A stretch of 64,000 nt of DNA from Felis catus (GCF_018350175.1 NC_058383.1:30692001-30756000), one strand, 5' to 3'. Shown: positions 34,819-48,499, counted from the stretch's first letter. A program made the numbers and translations. The notes: generated by a model not told the origin, from the sequence alone.

Positions 34819-37789
34819 TGTGTGTAGCTTAGTGAAATGTATCTCAATAAAATTGTTTTAAAATAATTTAAAAAGAAGAGAGATTTATCCAGCTTGGGGG
34901 AAGGCAGTGTTTTCAGAAGGAGCATCATTTGCAGCCAAGGAGGCATTTTGTCATGTGAGGTACCTGTTTCCAGAGCTCCTGTGCCTCTGAAGACAGACCC
35001 AGGTTTGAACCCAGGCTCTCAGATTGTGAACCATGCTCACATGGTTTCTCTCGCAAGACTCGCTAACCTCCCTATACCTCAGTATCCGCACACTCCATCG
35101 GTTGGGACGCTTCCAGCCGATGGTAACAATATCAGATCAGAAGGGGCTTGATAAGTAAGGGGGTTGTTTTTCTCCCACAACATCAGTCCTGAGTCCGATG
35201 GTGGCTCTGGGATGTCTGAGCAGCGAAGCGTGTCAGCTCTGTGTCGATGGCTCCATGATTCCTACTGACAACATGGCCGCCCAACTCCAAGCATCATTAA
35301 GTCCAAGACAGAAAGGGCTGGTGGGGTGGGTCTCTACCTCCAGAGTCACTTTTTCTATCCAAGAGGAAGTTTTCACCCAGAGGCCCTCAACGGATTCTGC
35401 ATCGTAAGTCCCATTGCCCAGAAACAGAAATGCCACGAATACAACCCAACAGCCATCACAGTCACAGAAAAGAGACCCTAGGATAAGGGATGAGGCCCGC
35501 CGGTAATTGTGAAAGAGCACCTTGCTGTGCCCATGAAAGCCACACTGCATACAAACTGCTCAAGTGGCGAGTGGTGAGAAAGAAGAAGTGTCAGCAGAGA
35601 CCAGCCTTTCCCGGGAACACAGGAGGGGAGGAGACTGAGAGTAAGTGGAGAAAAGTGCAGGTTGAGCAGCCTCGAGTGAGAACAAGGCTGAAAGTGGATG
35701 TGGAAAGGGACAATACCCAGTAGGACAAGGGTGTTGGAAGGGGCAAGAAATGGGCTTGGGAGCACAGCCTTGCATGAGGTAAGAATGAAGAGGCCAAAAC
35801 GGGTGATAAGGCTGAGAACATGGGCGGAGCCATGGGGTGACTGGCCGGCTGGCAGGTATAGCCCACTTCCTGCTGATGCCTTTCTCAGAAGGGCTCCGTG
35901 TCTGTGCTTCGCTGTGAAACAGGTAAGGCTTTCTGGACTGATGCACAGTTCACCTTCGTCTCGTCAGGCAAAAGCCACCATCTGCGTAGAACTGGTGACC
36001 ATCTGGCTTTCACTGAAGCTCTGCCTCCAGGTGGGCCATATGGGATGCATTTTAGACGTTGAGGAAGAGTGAACGCAAGGTGTGGCTTACTCCCCGGCTG
36101 TAGAAAAAGTCTCTCCCCCCCGGCTTTGAAAGTGTTTTTTCAAGCTTTCAGGAAGAAATTAGATGATTTCATCTCTTATAACATCTTTGAAAGGCTCTCT
36201 GGATTTGCTTTTTTTAACACTACCAAACTGGAACATTGTGTCCCTAAGCACATATTTTAGCTGTCACAGATTTTGAAAAGCCATTTAAATGAAATCGTAC
36301 TGTACTTGTCACGTAGTCCTGTACTCTCTTGATCTCCAGGGTTTGTTGGATGAGAGCACAAGATCCCGAGGACAGGAACAGTGTCTCGTTGGCCACTGTG
36401 TTCCTGTCCCCTGGCCCAGGACCTGGCACTCCTTATAAATATCTGTTGACATACCTTCTCGGCAAGTATTCATCCATCCCAAACACACAGCCTGCGCCAA
36501 GCACCGGTGAACAGAAAGCAGCCTTCGACTTCAGCGAGGCAATTTAAATATTGATTTTCTTACGTCCCAGACAGCCGTCTCTGCTCCCTTCTGTCCTTAG
36601 GAAACAGTCAGTACCAATAGCCTTAATGACTGCTTGTGTGATGGCAATCCCTACAGAAACCATTTTTAAGATGAGATGAACGTCTAAGCCTCTGTATTAT
36701 ATACTGTAGAGGCCAAGTGGACAGTGAAACATTGTCCCCAAGACAACTCGGCCGTTTCCAAAATCGAGTTCATCCTTCTAAAAAACACTTCCTTGTCTAC
36801 TCTTCCTCTCCAGGGCAAGTGGCAACGTCCCCCACTCACTCGTCTGCCCGGCATCAGAAACCCAGCGTCTACCTCTTCCCTCTGTCCAGGTGCCATGTTC
36901 CACCTTTCACAGCTACTGATGCCTCAGTGGCCCCTGGATCCTTAGTGCCATTGGTGACAACAGGGGCTTCAAAGGCAGACCCTGGCCCGAAATCCCTTCT
37001 GGGCCTCCAATGGTGGTCTGACTTGGGGTATTTTTAATCTCTGCAAACCTTGTCCACACTCTTATCTGTGAAAGGAGGATAATAATGTACCTGGATGAGG
37101 ATGGAGTAAAACAGCGTGGGTTGAGCCATTAGCCTAAGGCCACAGCGCAGTGAGCGATTAGTGTCACCCCCACAGCCACAGCTGCCATTCGGGTCACCAA
37201 ATCGTTGCCACGGCCTCCTGCCCGTCGCCTCTCTGCTTCTAAAATGTCTTGCCCCTTCCAGGCCAGGGAGGAAACGTTGTCCAGTAACCCGGAGGCCTTG
37301 AGCGGGTCATGTCCTGTTTGGGGGACTCAGTTTCTTTCTCTATAAAATGGGTGCAATATAGTACCTTTCTCCATAAGGTTTAAATGAGCTGATTGCTGAA
37401 TACATTAGCGTACTGTTAGGTGTAGAGTAAGCACGTGACGTGTCATAATAACATGCTGACCATCATCAAACACCACATGCCTGGTTTCCCACCCCTACCC
37501 CAGCGCAGAGCCCAGCAGTGCATCGCAAGGCCCCTCATGTGTTTTGCCTCCCAGACTGGCTCCTCAAACATGGAATTATATTCCGGAATTTCTAAGATGA
37601 CATGGTTGCCAATAAACACAACAGGTGGCAAAAACGGGAAACAACAGGGCTGCGGAAAAGGCAGTTGTGATAAACAGCAAAGCAGCAGTTGGTGCTTTTC
37701 TAATTCATCCTCCAAAGGAAACAAGAAACTGCCCTCTGGTCACCAGGGAGGGGTCGCAGAGGCTCGGGGACATCAGCTACGTCAGCTAC

Positions 37790-37990
37790 ACGGCTGGCCA
37801 TGCACGAACTCACCGAATAGTGACGACAACCCCACCAAGGTAAGTGCTTTTATTACCCCCATTTTACAGATGAAGAAACTGAAGCACAGAGACATTAAGG
37901 AACTTGCCCAGGATAGCACAGCTCAAGAGTGGCAGGGCCAATTCGTACCCAAGCCATGCGCTTAAAGTCTATGACTCACACACTGTAACA
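37790..37990 (-). mobile_element. MIR
   Basis: caaccccaccaaggtaagtgcttttattacccccattttacagatgaagaaactgaagcacagaga core. Confidence 0.8.
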
Positions 37991-39789
37991 AGCCTCAAAG
38001 TGGCCTGAGGGGGTCTCGCCCTGGGGCAGCCCCCAACCCCGTGTGGTGTAAGGGGGGGGAACAACACAGGTACCCCCTTAGCTGCACAGGCTGGACCCTG
38101 TTACCAAACAGGACCCCGGCCTGTCCTCCATCCAACATGGAGGTCCCTCTGGAGTCACAGACTGGAACACTAATTCTTTCCATCCTAAAATTACCTCTCC
38201 TTGACAAATGGAACGCAGTTTATCTATTTAATTATCCAATCAAGTACTTTTTTTTTTCCCCCTCTCCAAGGAATTCTGGCAATAAAGTCACACACTCCCT
38301 AAGAGATCTCCAGCAGGGGGGGTGTCTGGGCCAACCGTACTCACCTAGGGAGACTCTAGCTCCTGGCACAGATGAAAAGAAAGTTTCATGTGCTTTATTT
38401 ACTTCTCCCGACATAATTGGCCAGTGGAGTATAAATGCTGATGTCATGTCTAATTAGTGGCGGCCTCTGCTCTCCTGGTCGCGGTACCCCGTCTGGCTTG
38501 TTTGTGTGGATGGAGCAGTTTCATAGAGAGCGTCTTTATGAACTAGCCCTCCCATGGAGACGCTCTAATTATCATTCAAGAAAACAAGCTTTCTGATGTC
38601 GTGAAGACAGTTCGGCAGCATCTTCCCAACAGGGCTGATAATTGAAACACCCTTTCGGTGCATGATGGGCTTTTCTGAAGGTGATAACAATAGATCCTGG
38701 GGAACTAGAAATTAGGAACTCAGGACACCTTGCCATTCTTGGCTTCAGTTGGGTTCTTCATGGGCTCCGAAGCTAATCATCTGCATTGGGATGAACTCTG
38801 CCAAGCATCAGAAATTCAGATTAAACTGTCAGTGCAATCATCATGCCCCTGGGTACCATCTATTGTCATGAAATCAAACCCAGCAGAAAGGAAAATGGTT
38901 CAATACCTAAAGGATTAGAGCAGATACAAATATTAATTGATTCTGGTAAATTTCACAATATGCTTTTGTTTCAAAAGGAAAAAGGGTAGGGGAATAATTT
39001 GATCTCCCCGGTGGCAGGACTCCATTGAGCTTTGGAGAAGTAAAGACGTTTAACAAAATTAATTACGGCCTGAAAATGTCAGTCTGGCAACAATGCTGTC
39101 TTCCTGCTTCACATGATTCAGTTCCAGGAAATCTGAGAGAGAGAAGCCACGCACCGTCAGAGTGCCGCGGAGGCTTGTTCCAAGTTCTCACAATACCCTC
39201 TCCCTTTGTCAAAATTTTCCGTCGAAGCCCCTGGAGCTCTTGTTTCTCTGGAACAAATCCGCCTGCCTCTGCAGCCCCTTCTCTGGGCTCGGGACACCCT
39301 CATCCCCTCCTACTTGGCTGACCAATTTGCCTACTCTGAGTGCAAGCTGTCCCCTCCCCTCCGCATCCCCGCCGTGCCTCACACAGGTGACACTGGTGTG
39401 CTGCCAGTTACCCGCTTCGTATCCCCAACCCCGGTGCCCACACCGCTTTTTGCTCACTTGTGCTCATTCCACTAATTCTCGGCCATGTCCTCTGCCCTGG
39501 GGATACACTTCGTGGCTCCTGGTCAATGACATCATCTACCAGTCTTCTGGCAACGCATCCCTCTTTTGTGGAAGGCTTTGGGACCTTATTAACAGTTTTC
39601 CTGTCCCCCCATCAAGTCTAACCTTCAACCAGGATGACTTAGTGGCCATGTGAACCACCCCCATGCCACTAACATCTGTTGTTATCTGTGCAACAGCCAT
39701 TGCCCCTTCTGATTTTACTTTGCGAGGCCTCCCCTCCCCCGCTTTAGTCTATGTTGTTTGGTTGCACTGGTCCCATTCCTGGCCTTTGC

Positions 39790-40170
39790 CCACGGAGGAA
39801 GCAGGAATACCTGTGACAATCAGAGTGCCACGGTTCTGGTACCAGGGTGGCAGACAAGGCCACAGGCCCCAGGTCAGATCAAGCAGATGCAGTCCCAGGA
39901 CTCTTGCTGGAATTACTGGGAGGAGAGGCTCTCTTTCTGCTGGGGGCTCCACCTGTGGCAGAACCTGCCGGGAATGACGCATCATGAAGGAAACTAGGGC
40001 AGAGAGATGGGGGGAAGGGTAGAGGGAACAAGAAAGCAGACCCCAGAAACCAAAACGAGCTCATGGGTCCAGCCGTGCCGGAAGCGAGTCAATGCCTGAC
40101 TGCTCAATGAAACAATTCAACAGCTTTCCTTCTTTGCTTCAGTCCGTGTTCTGTTGTTTACAAACTAAAA
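39790..40170 (+). mobile_element. MaLR LTR (MLT1K/L-like)
   Basis: cccaggactcttgctggaattactgggaggagaggctctctttctgctggg...ggtccagccgtgccggaagc...ttctgttgtttacaaactaaaagagacctgac. Confidence 0.55.
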
Positions 40171-40846
40171 GAGACCTGACCAAAATACCATCCACTTGTT
40201 GGCCTGACTCACTTTGTCTTCTCCATCCTACCTCTGCAACTTATTCCCATAAGCCAGAGCTGGAGGCTGGGGGAAGGGGATTATAGGCATGGCGGGGGAG
40301 TAATGCGTCCTGACTGATCAGGAGCAGCACAGACTCATAGGACAGTCGTCAGAATGTCAGGACCAACCTATTGGGGAGGATGAACCTGTGCTTCATAGAT
40401 ACACATTTGTGGTCCTCAACTAATTCTGCAGATATTTACTGAGCATCTACTCCAGGCCCCCTTCCGGGTCCAGGGAAATAGCATTGGAAAACTGAGATGG
40501 AATCCCTTCCCTGCTTGTTTGTTAAGTAAAGTCCACTGGCTTGTATGTCTGGTCAAAACCCTCATGTCATGCAACAGTTGCCACAGGGCCTCCCTGCCCT
40601 ACTTGAGCATCAAAACAGATGAAAATCCCCAGGCACTTTTATTGTGCCATGAGATTGCCACTTGGGTGGCCTTTATTCTGCCAAACACAATAGGCACTCT
40701 TATGTTTTTCAAAATCTATGCCATTTACAGCTTTTGAATTCATGATAAGCTATCTAATAGCACAACAATATTCCTCTCTGTTGATATCTTTCATCTGAGG
40801 AGATGTGGCTGGATTAGCCTGGCCAGTTGAGTTTCAAAAGATGTCT

Positions 40847-41040
40847 GCCTGGACGGCCCAGTCAGTCAAGTGTCCGACTCTTGATTTCGGCTCAGGTCAT
40901 GAGCTCACCGTTCGTGAGTTCAAGCCCCACATCGGGCCCTGCTCTGTCAGTGAGGAGCCTGCTTGGGATTCTCTCTCAAAATCTCCCTCTCTCCTGCCCC
41001 TCCCCCCTCAAAATACGTATATAAACTTAAAAAAAAAAGA
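40847..41040 (+). mobile_element. Can-SINE
   Basis: gcctggacggcccagtcagtcaagtgtccgactcttgatttcggctcagg; A tail; TSD agatgtct. Confidence 0.9.
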
Positions 41041-41074
41041 GATGTCTAAATATGGAAAGGAAAAACCTTAACCT

Positions 41075-41345
41075 TGTCCATAACTGAATATTTGTATCTC
41101 CCCAAAATTCATATGCTGAAGCTCCAATGCCCAATGTAATGGCAGTAGGAGGCGGGGCCTTTGGTGGCTGATGGGGCTACAATGAGAACAGTCATCTGGG
41201 AACCAGTAAGAGAGTCCTTGCCAGGAAACCAACCATGCTGGCATGCCGATCTCAGACTTCTAGCCCCCAGAACTATAAGGAACTAAACTTGTTTAAGTCA
41301 CTCAGTCCACAGTATTATGGATGGCAGCCCAAGTTGACCCTCATA
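41075..41345 (+). mobile_element. MaLR LTR (MLT1A/B-like)
   Basis: actgaatatttgtatctccccaaaattcatatgctgaag...ctcagacttctagcccccagaactataag...ttgtttaagtcactcagtc. Confidence 0.8.
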
Positions 41346-41349
41346 TGCC

Positions 41350-41900
41350 ATGGTAAAAAATTGTTGATGTGAATCCTGAAAACAATATGTGGAATGAAGA
41401 AGACTGGCACAAAGGAGGGTACTGTACAAACACCGTATTAGTCCATATATATGAAATTGTAGGACAGGCAAAACCAATCTAGAATGGAGACTATGAGAAC
41501 AATAGTTGCTTCTGAGGGTGGGGCCAGGAATTGACGGGGATGGGGCAAGAGAGGATTTTCTGAGGATAATACTGTTCCATGTCTTGATAGGGGTGTTGGT
41601 CACACAGATGTATACATTGGTCAGAACTCAGTGAAGGTACACTCACGATCTGCCTTTTGCTGTACATAGATTATGCATCAAAAGAGGCTGCAGGCAGACA
41701 TTGGACTCTAGTTAATGATATGCATGCAGAAGTATTTAGGGATCAAATATATGAGGTATGGACGCCCTAAATTTACTTTGAAATGTAACAAAAATTAGAT
41801 GGGTTAAGGGGTGGATAAAGGGATGGATGGGTGGACAGAGGTGATAAAGCAAATACAGAAAATTCTACAGAAAAGGTAACATCTAAATGATGGGTATGTA
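41350..41900 (+). mobile_element. Old L1 3' UTR fragments (L1MC/L1ME-like)
   Basis: gtgaatcctgaaaacaatatg...atgaaattgtaggacaggcaaaacc...tttactttgaaatg. Confidence 0.65.
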
Positions 41901-42239
41901 TTTGTCTCTTTCTCTCTCTGCACTTCCCCCACTTGCACTGTCCTTAAGAAACTTAACAGCTGCATGGACATCTGTGGAGCAGCAGGCTCTGTTCCCCGAG
42001 CTTTACATACACCTTCTATTCCATTCTCCCTAGAACACTATGAACTCCTTCCCTGGTTTTACACTCAGTTCACAGGGGCAGAAACTGAGGCTGTAGGTGA
42101 TAATTGGCCTAGAGTCTACAGATGGCACATGTCAGAGCGAGTATTTAAACCCCAAAGTCCAGCTTTCTCCCCTCTCTGCTCTCCTGCCGTCAACAGCACT
42201 GGAAACTGGCTAAATGGGAGGAGAACCAGCTGCCTCACT

Positions 42240-42515
42240 TGCTTCGCTTGACCTGCCATGACAGATTACCATCGGCTAGGGGGCTTCAACAACAAACGGT
42301 TTATTTCTTACATTTCTGGAGGCCTGGAAGTCCGAGGTCAAGGTGCTGTCAGATCTGGTGTCTGGTGAGATTCTCCTTCCTGGTTTGCAGTTCGCCGTCT
42401 GCTCATGGTCTCTCGTGGCAGAGAAGAGAAAGACAAAGCAAGCTTTCTTTCTTATCTCTTTATAAGGGCACTAACCCCATGAAGGCTCTACTCTTGTGAC
42501 CTAATCACCACCCAG
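42240..42515 (-). mobile_element. MaLR LTR (MLT1A0-like)
   Basis: ttatttcttacatttctggaggcctggaagtccgaggtcaaggtgctg...tataagggcactaacccc...gacctaatcacc. Confidence 0.8.
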
Positions 42516-43765
42516 GTTACGTGTTGAAAAGATTCACTCCAGCTCAGGTTGGAGAATGGATTGGAGGGGAGCCCAGGTGCCTGGGGGGGACGCCCGTTCG
42601 GTGTGTTAGGACCATGGTCCTAACTTTGACAGAGGATGAAGACTTGGACGGAGGCAGTGACGACAGCAGGTGACCAAAACAAGGTGAGCCACGTCAAGAG
42701 TAGTCTGTCACCGATTCTTATGATCCCATCAAAATATGTTATTTCACAAACGGGAAACTGAGGTCAGGAGGTGATGGGGCTTGTTCGGGGTAATTCAGTA
42801 ATAGGAATAAGTGGAAGGAAAGAGAAACTGAGTTGACCCCTACAACCCAGGGTTGTGGTCCAGGTGATAAAGGAGGCCAGAGAGGAACTGAAAAGAAAAT
42901 GATGATCAGGAGATCAGGCTAAGACGAAGGACACATCTGAAACACGCACGCGTTCAGACCCGATCAGAAGGTTACGGTAAGTTGAACAGATAGCGTAATT
43001 ATGAAGCTGTCTGAAATGCCAGCCGGGGTCAGCCCCGTGACCCATCCCTCCAGGCGCGACAGGGACACTGGGGAGGGCTGTGGAAAAGCTGCCAGTCTTT
43101 CCGACACTCGGCTTCTGCTCCTGCCTCCTTTCTCTACAGCAGAAACTGTGGGTTCCTCTCCAAGACCACGAGAGCCTGTTGACAGCCTGCCCCACCTCTG
43201 CCGTCACATGGTGAAAGGTTATTTCCAGCCTCCTCCTTTTAGCCGTACATTAAGCAGAAGGGGTCCTTCCCTTTTCCGTTGGTAATGACCCCTTGCCTCT
43301 AAAGAGGTGGCTTTTCGATGTCTTTCTTGAGAACAAGAGAAGGTGACTCACATCTCACAGGCCTGAAATCATGAGTTCCAAGGCAAATGCATATAGATAT
43401 GGGTAAAAACTTGCAAGTTAATCCCCCTAATCAATAGTCTCTACACTTGTTGGGAAAGGAGCAGATGGTAAGACGTCTTAAATAGGAACAGAGAGACCAA
43501 AGAGAAATATTTCCAGTATATCCTGGGTTAGATCGTTAAGTGGGTGCTAAATTCTGTGGAAGGTTTAGAGAAGGATCTGTAATACTGGGATGTTAGAGCT
43601 AGAAAGACCCTCTAAGAAAACCAAGCATAGGGATGACTAGTAAATGGCACACTCACCATCACTTTTCTCTCACACCCATCCTAGACGTTAATAATCCACT
43701 GCCCTCTGAATTCTCCTTCAGACATGTTCCAGGCATTCGTTGTCAATCTTAGTTATGACCCTGGA

Positions 43766-43928
43766 TCTGCATTGTCTTATGTGGTAAAATTAAATGAAAA
43801 ATACAGTTCTTAGTCACACCCGGCACATTTCAGGTGCTCAAGAGCCACGTGTGGCTGGTGGCCACCATATTGGACAGCACAGAACAGAACATGTGGATCA
43901 TTGCAGAAAGTTCCACTGCACAATGCTG
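43766..43928. mobile_element. MER3 hAT-Charlie fossil
   Basis: cacatttcaggtgctcaagagccacgtgtggctggtggccaccatattggacagcacaga...cattgcagaaagttc. Confidence 0.85.
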
Positions 43929-44544
43929 CCCTCCACCACTGTTTCCCCAGTGTCGGGCATTGGTATACTTTGGCCACATCGACTCCCTTTTTAAAAAGGT
44001 AATTATTTAATACGGGAATTTCACATTAGCAACTGAAATGGAAAATAAGCATCGTTTACCCTAAAGAGAAGGTAACAGTGTACATGGCCACGCTGAAAGC
44101 CGAACAATGCCTGCTGAGATACTGTTGCTTCCAGAATGTTCTGGCCCTAAAGACTAGCAAGTATGGCAGTGGCTGGCTAACAGTTCACTGGTATATCAAG
44201 GATCTCTCTCTTTGGTTCGGTGTTAGGCCTTACCACCCAGGCCTCTTAGTCATGGGTGAAGTCCCATGGCAGCTTGCACCCGTAGAATATGGGAGGAAGC
44301 AACAAAGGCCATTTCCAGGGGCAGCTCAGAAATTCTCTAGTAATCCTCCCCTCAAGCTACCTTTCTTCCTCTGCCTACCAGTTGGATGCAGAGGTTTAAG
44401 TAAGATTCCCATGCCTGGTGTTTGGTGGAGCCTGTAGGTGGATGGAGGTGGGATGCCTGAGTCACTGAGTGGAGCAAAACATGAGCAAGAATTAAGCCTT
44501 TATTGAGTTAAGACCATTAGACTTTTTTCTCTTCTTCTTTTTTT

Positions 44545-45605
44545 TTGTTAAGTATTAATTTTAATTCCAGCATAGTTAACACAGGGTTATATTAGTCTCA
44601 GGAGCACAATATAGTGCTTCAATAATTCCATATATCTCCTGGTGCTCATCACGACAGGTGCATTCCTTAACCCCCATCACCTATTCACCCATCCCCCCCG
44701 TCCACCTCCTCTATGGTAACCATCAGTGTGTTCTCCATAGTTAAGAGTCTATTTCTTGGTCTCTCACTCTCTCTCTCTCTCTCTTTCTCTCTGTCTCTCC
44801 TTTGCTCATTTTTCTTTCTTTTTTTTAAATTTGTTTTCATTTTGAGAGAGAGAGTGTGCAAGTGGGGGACGGACAGAGGGAGAGAGAGGGAGAGAATCTC
44901 AGGGCTCGATCTCATGACTGTGAGATCACGACCTGAGTTGAAATCAAGAGTTGGGTGCTTAACCAGTTGAGACACCCAGGAACTCCTGTTTTGTTTCTTA
45001 AATTCCACATATGAGTAAAATCACGTGGTGTTTGTCTTTCTCTGTTTCACTTAGCATAGTACCCTCTAGCTCCATCCAAGTTGTTGCAAATGGCAAGCAT
45101 TCATTATTTTTTTATGACTAATATTCCATTGTGTAGCTATATATACACATATATATATGATCTATATGTCTATATACCTATATCACATCTTCTTTATCCA
45201 TTCATCAACCGATGGACACTGGGGCTGCTTCCATAACTTGGCTATTGTAAATATTGCTGCTATAAACATAGGGGTTCATGTATCCCTTTGAATTAGTGTA
45301 TTTGTATTTTGGGGAGTAGATATGATATAGCAGTGCAATTATTGGATCGTAAAGTAGTTCTATTTTTAACTTTTCGAAGAGTCTCCATTTTGTTTTCCAC
45401 AGTGGCTACACCAGTTTGCATTCCTACCAACAGTGCTAGAAGGTTCCCCTTTCTTCACATCCTCACCAACACCCGTTGTTTCTTGTGTAGTTGATTTTAG
45501 CCATTCTGACAGGTGTGAGGTGATATTTCATGGTAGTGTTGATTTGCGTGTCCCTGCTGATGAATGATGTGGAGCATCTGTTCATGGGTCTGTTTGCCAT
45601 CCGGG
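44545..45605 (-). mobile_element. Carnivore L1 3' end (L1_Carn-like), split by a SINE
   Basis: aattccagcatagttaac...tggtaaccatcag...ctagctccatcc...ttccacagtggctacaccagtttgcattcc. Confidence 0.88.
44815..44987 (-). mobile_element. Can-SINE nested in L1
   Basis: T tail, gagatcacgacctgagttgaaatcaagag, gagacacccaggaactcc. Confidence 0.85.
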
Positions 45606-46224
45606 TGTAAGACAGTAAGATCCTGGAGTTGTTACAGCAGCTAATCTTACTTATTCTGATTACTCCCCATGTGTTAGAGGTTAAAGACATACCATACCTT
45701 GGTATAAGCAGAAGGACTGAAAAAAAGTTTGAGATGAGATAACTGTCTCAGTTAGTGACAATATTATTTACTGCCATGTGGCCGTGCCTCCTAGAGGAAT
45801 GGCTTGTGCCCAGACAGGGGAAGAGATTTCCCCAAGCTTTAGCTATTTAGTTGCCCATTTGGGATTATGATGTACAATTCCTGACTTTTGTCCCAGTGCC
45901 CTTTCAATGTCAGTGCTGTGTCTCAAGATCCCCCCTGCGTCCCCCACCCCCCAAAAAGAGAGAGAGAGAGAGAAATCAGTTCTTTGAGTAAGGATTTTAG
46001 ATGTTGGGCCCTTGTGAAGAAAAGGTTCGGTTATTATTTTAGCTGTCTTCCTATGCCAGATGGACTTTGGGGGAACAGAACCTTGTCTAGGGTTAGAAGA
46101 AGCGTGGCTTTAGCAGACTTGTTCATTTGGCAAAGCATATCTTCTGATGCCAGTGAACTTGAGGGATTATTTTTTATTGGTTCTGGAAGCTACCGATTCT
46201 CTTTAGGTAGCCCGTTAAAATGGT

Positions 46225-46650
46225 ACAGTAAGCTAGTCTTCAAAGATAGCTCCCAGGGACCTGTGCTTCTCAGTGTTCAGACCCTGCATGCACCCCTTCC
46301 CCTTGAATGTGGGCTGGTCCTGTGACCCATTTTAATCAAGTGAATATGGAAGTGAATAGGCGTGACAGCGTGCTAGCTCTGGACCCAAGCCTTCAGAAGA
46401 CCTGGCATCTTTCACTTTCGTGCTTTGGGGATCCAGCCGCCATGGTAAAGAAGTCCAAGGAGTATGAAGAGGCCACGAGGTCCGGCCTTCCAGGCCCCTC
46501 CAAGGTACCAGCCATATGAGTGAAGCCATCTTGGGCACAACTGCCATAGCCACCATCTGGCAACAGCTGCATGACACCCCAAGGGGGACCAAAGAACCAC
46601 CCGCCTGAGCAGTCCCCACAGAATGTAGAAGCAACCGGATATGAATGCCT
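46225..46650 (+). mobile_element. MaLR LTR (MLT1G/H-like)
   Basis: ccccttccccttgaatgtgggctggtcctgtgac...gccttcagaagacctggcatc...tgagtgaagccatcttgg. Confidence 0.7.
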
Positions 46651-46859
46651 TTTGCTGAGAAGGAAACTGAGGCAGAGAAGGTTAGTAACTTCCTTTAAAA
46701 ACTGAAGCAAGACAGGCAGGGTGCACTGGAATTAACAGGGGAGATCAGGAGGGGGCCACGTCATTCAAGGCACTGAAAAGAGCCGCTGGGGGAGAGGGGC
46801 ATCTGGTGAGGCTGGTCAGGGCGGCGGCACCCAAGACCTTGTAGAGCCTTCTAGATCAC

Positions 46860-47210
46860 ACTGGCGATTGGTCTCGGCAAGGGCGCGTGACCTGGTTCTG
46901 GCCAATGAGATGTAAGGGGAAGTCTGCCGGAGCTCTAGGGAAAGATTTTCCCTCCTGGTTCAAAGTGAGACATGTTCTGAGAGAGCCTGCCTGCTTTACG
47001 GCATCATGAGGTTGTGCTTCCAGGGGGCAAAGTTTAAAAAATTTTTGCAGAGAAGCAGTTCCCAGAGCCCGTGTTGACATCCTCAAGGGCCGAGTTAAGC
47101 AACTTTGGACCCACCTATCCCCAGGGCTGCTTATTCAAGGGCATGGTAAAGGTCCAGGTGGCTTCGGCCACTCTCAGCCAGGCACTCTGTTCAAGCCCAA
47201 GCTGCTGACC
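46860..47210 (+). mobile_element. MaLR LTR (MLT1J-like)
   Basis: gtgacctggttctggccaatgagatgtaaggggaagtctgc...ctagggaaagattttccctcc. Confidence 0.7.
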
Positions 47211-47834
47211 ATCATTAGAAGGGAACTGGAGGATTGGCCAGGGGGCCGAGGGACACAGCTGTGGCACCTGACTACCAAGCAAGTGCCCTCAGCAGCCCCC
47301 CACCCCCACTCAGGAGGGCCCTGCCCCCGAACTTGCTGCAGGGAGACGGACGGCGGCATGCGTGTCTGTCCTCTGCATGCTCTGGCACCACTGGGGCTGC
47401 CAAACGGACTCGTGCCCCATGCCACCCGTCACCCGTTGCTTGGGTTCTGTGAACTGGTCTGGCAAATGACAACACATCCAAGGAGAGGCTTGTGGGAACC
47501 TCCGATCCGCAGCCAAGTAGGACAGAAGTTGTGAGTGCCTGGGGACCTATGCCTTGTGATTGGCACCCAAAGTAGGGGACAGGCTCGTGGGACAGACACA
47601 GCCTCTCACCTGTGGGGTCTGAGTAGTGCCAGAACGGAACCGTGGGCCGCCCGGCTGCCGTGGGAGACAACTGCTTGCGTGGGAAAGCCACGCATCTGGG
47701 GTCAGAAGTGGGGTGCGGTGGTAGTGAGGGCAGGGAGGAGCCCAGCAAGGGTTTTCCATCATCCTTTTCACCCCCACTCACTGCTCTGTCCCTCTGTGAA
47801 CCTCAGTGTCCTCATCTATAAAATCAAAGTAAGA

Positions 47835-48046
47835 GGGGGCGCCTGGGTGGCTCAGTCGGTTGAGCGACCAGCTTCAGCTCAGGTCATGATCTCACAGTTC
47901 GTGGGTTCGAGCCCCGCGTCGGGCTCTGTGCTGACAGCTCAGAGCCTGAAGCCTGCTTCCAATTCTGTGTCTGTCCCTCTCCCCCTCATGCTCTGTCTCT
48001 CTCTGTCTCAGAAATAAATAGCATTAAAAAATTAAAAAAAAAAAAC
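47835..48046 (+). mobile_element. Can-SINE (younger of a tandem pair)
   Basis: ggggcgcctgggtggctcagtcggttgagcg head; A tail; TSD atcaaagtaag at 47823-47833 and 48047-48057. Confidence 0.95.
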
Positions 48047-48056
48047 ATCAAAGTAA

Positions 48057-48245
48057 GGGGCTCCTGGGTAGCTTAGTCGGTGAAGCGTCTGACTCTGGAT
48101 TTCAGCTCAGGTCATGATCTCCCAGTTTCGGAGATCAAGCCCCGGGTCAGGCTCCACGCTGAAGGCGTGGAGCCTGCTTGAGATCTTCTGTCTCTGTCCC
48201 TTTCCCTCCACCACAAAGTAAAAAAATAAACATATGAGAAAAAAC
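48057..48245 (+). mobile_element. Can-SINE (older of a tandem pair), inside a MIR
   Basis: ggggctcctgggtagcttagtcgg head; MIR resumes with aataatagctacctcatagggtt. Confidence 0.9.
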
Positions 48246-48499
48246 CTGAATAATAATAGCTACCTCATAGGGTTTATAGCAAAAGTTAAAGAAGATAATA
48301 AATGTGGAAGCATTTTGAAAAGTAGCTGTTAAATATGATGAATTACCCCTTTTCCTGAGTTACTTAACAATAAAGGTCTTTAAACACATTTTTAACTCCC
48401 AGTTCTTGGCAAAGGAGGTAGCGTTTACTAGGGGGCTTGAAAAATGTTTGTGAATGGAATAAATCGCTGAGGAGCGGCGAGCTCTTTCTACAGAGTGTC

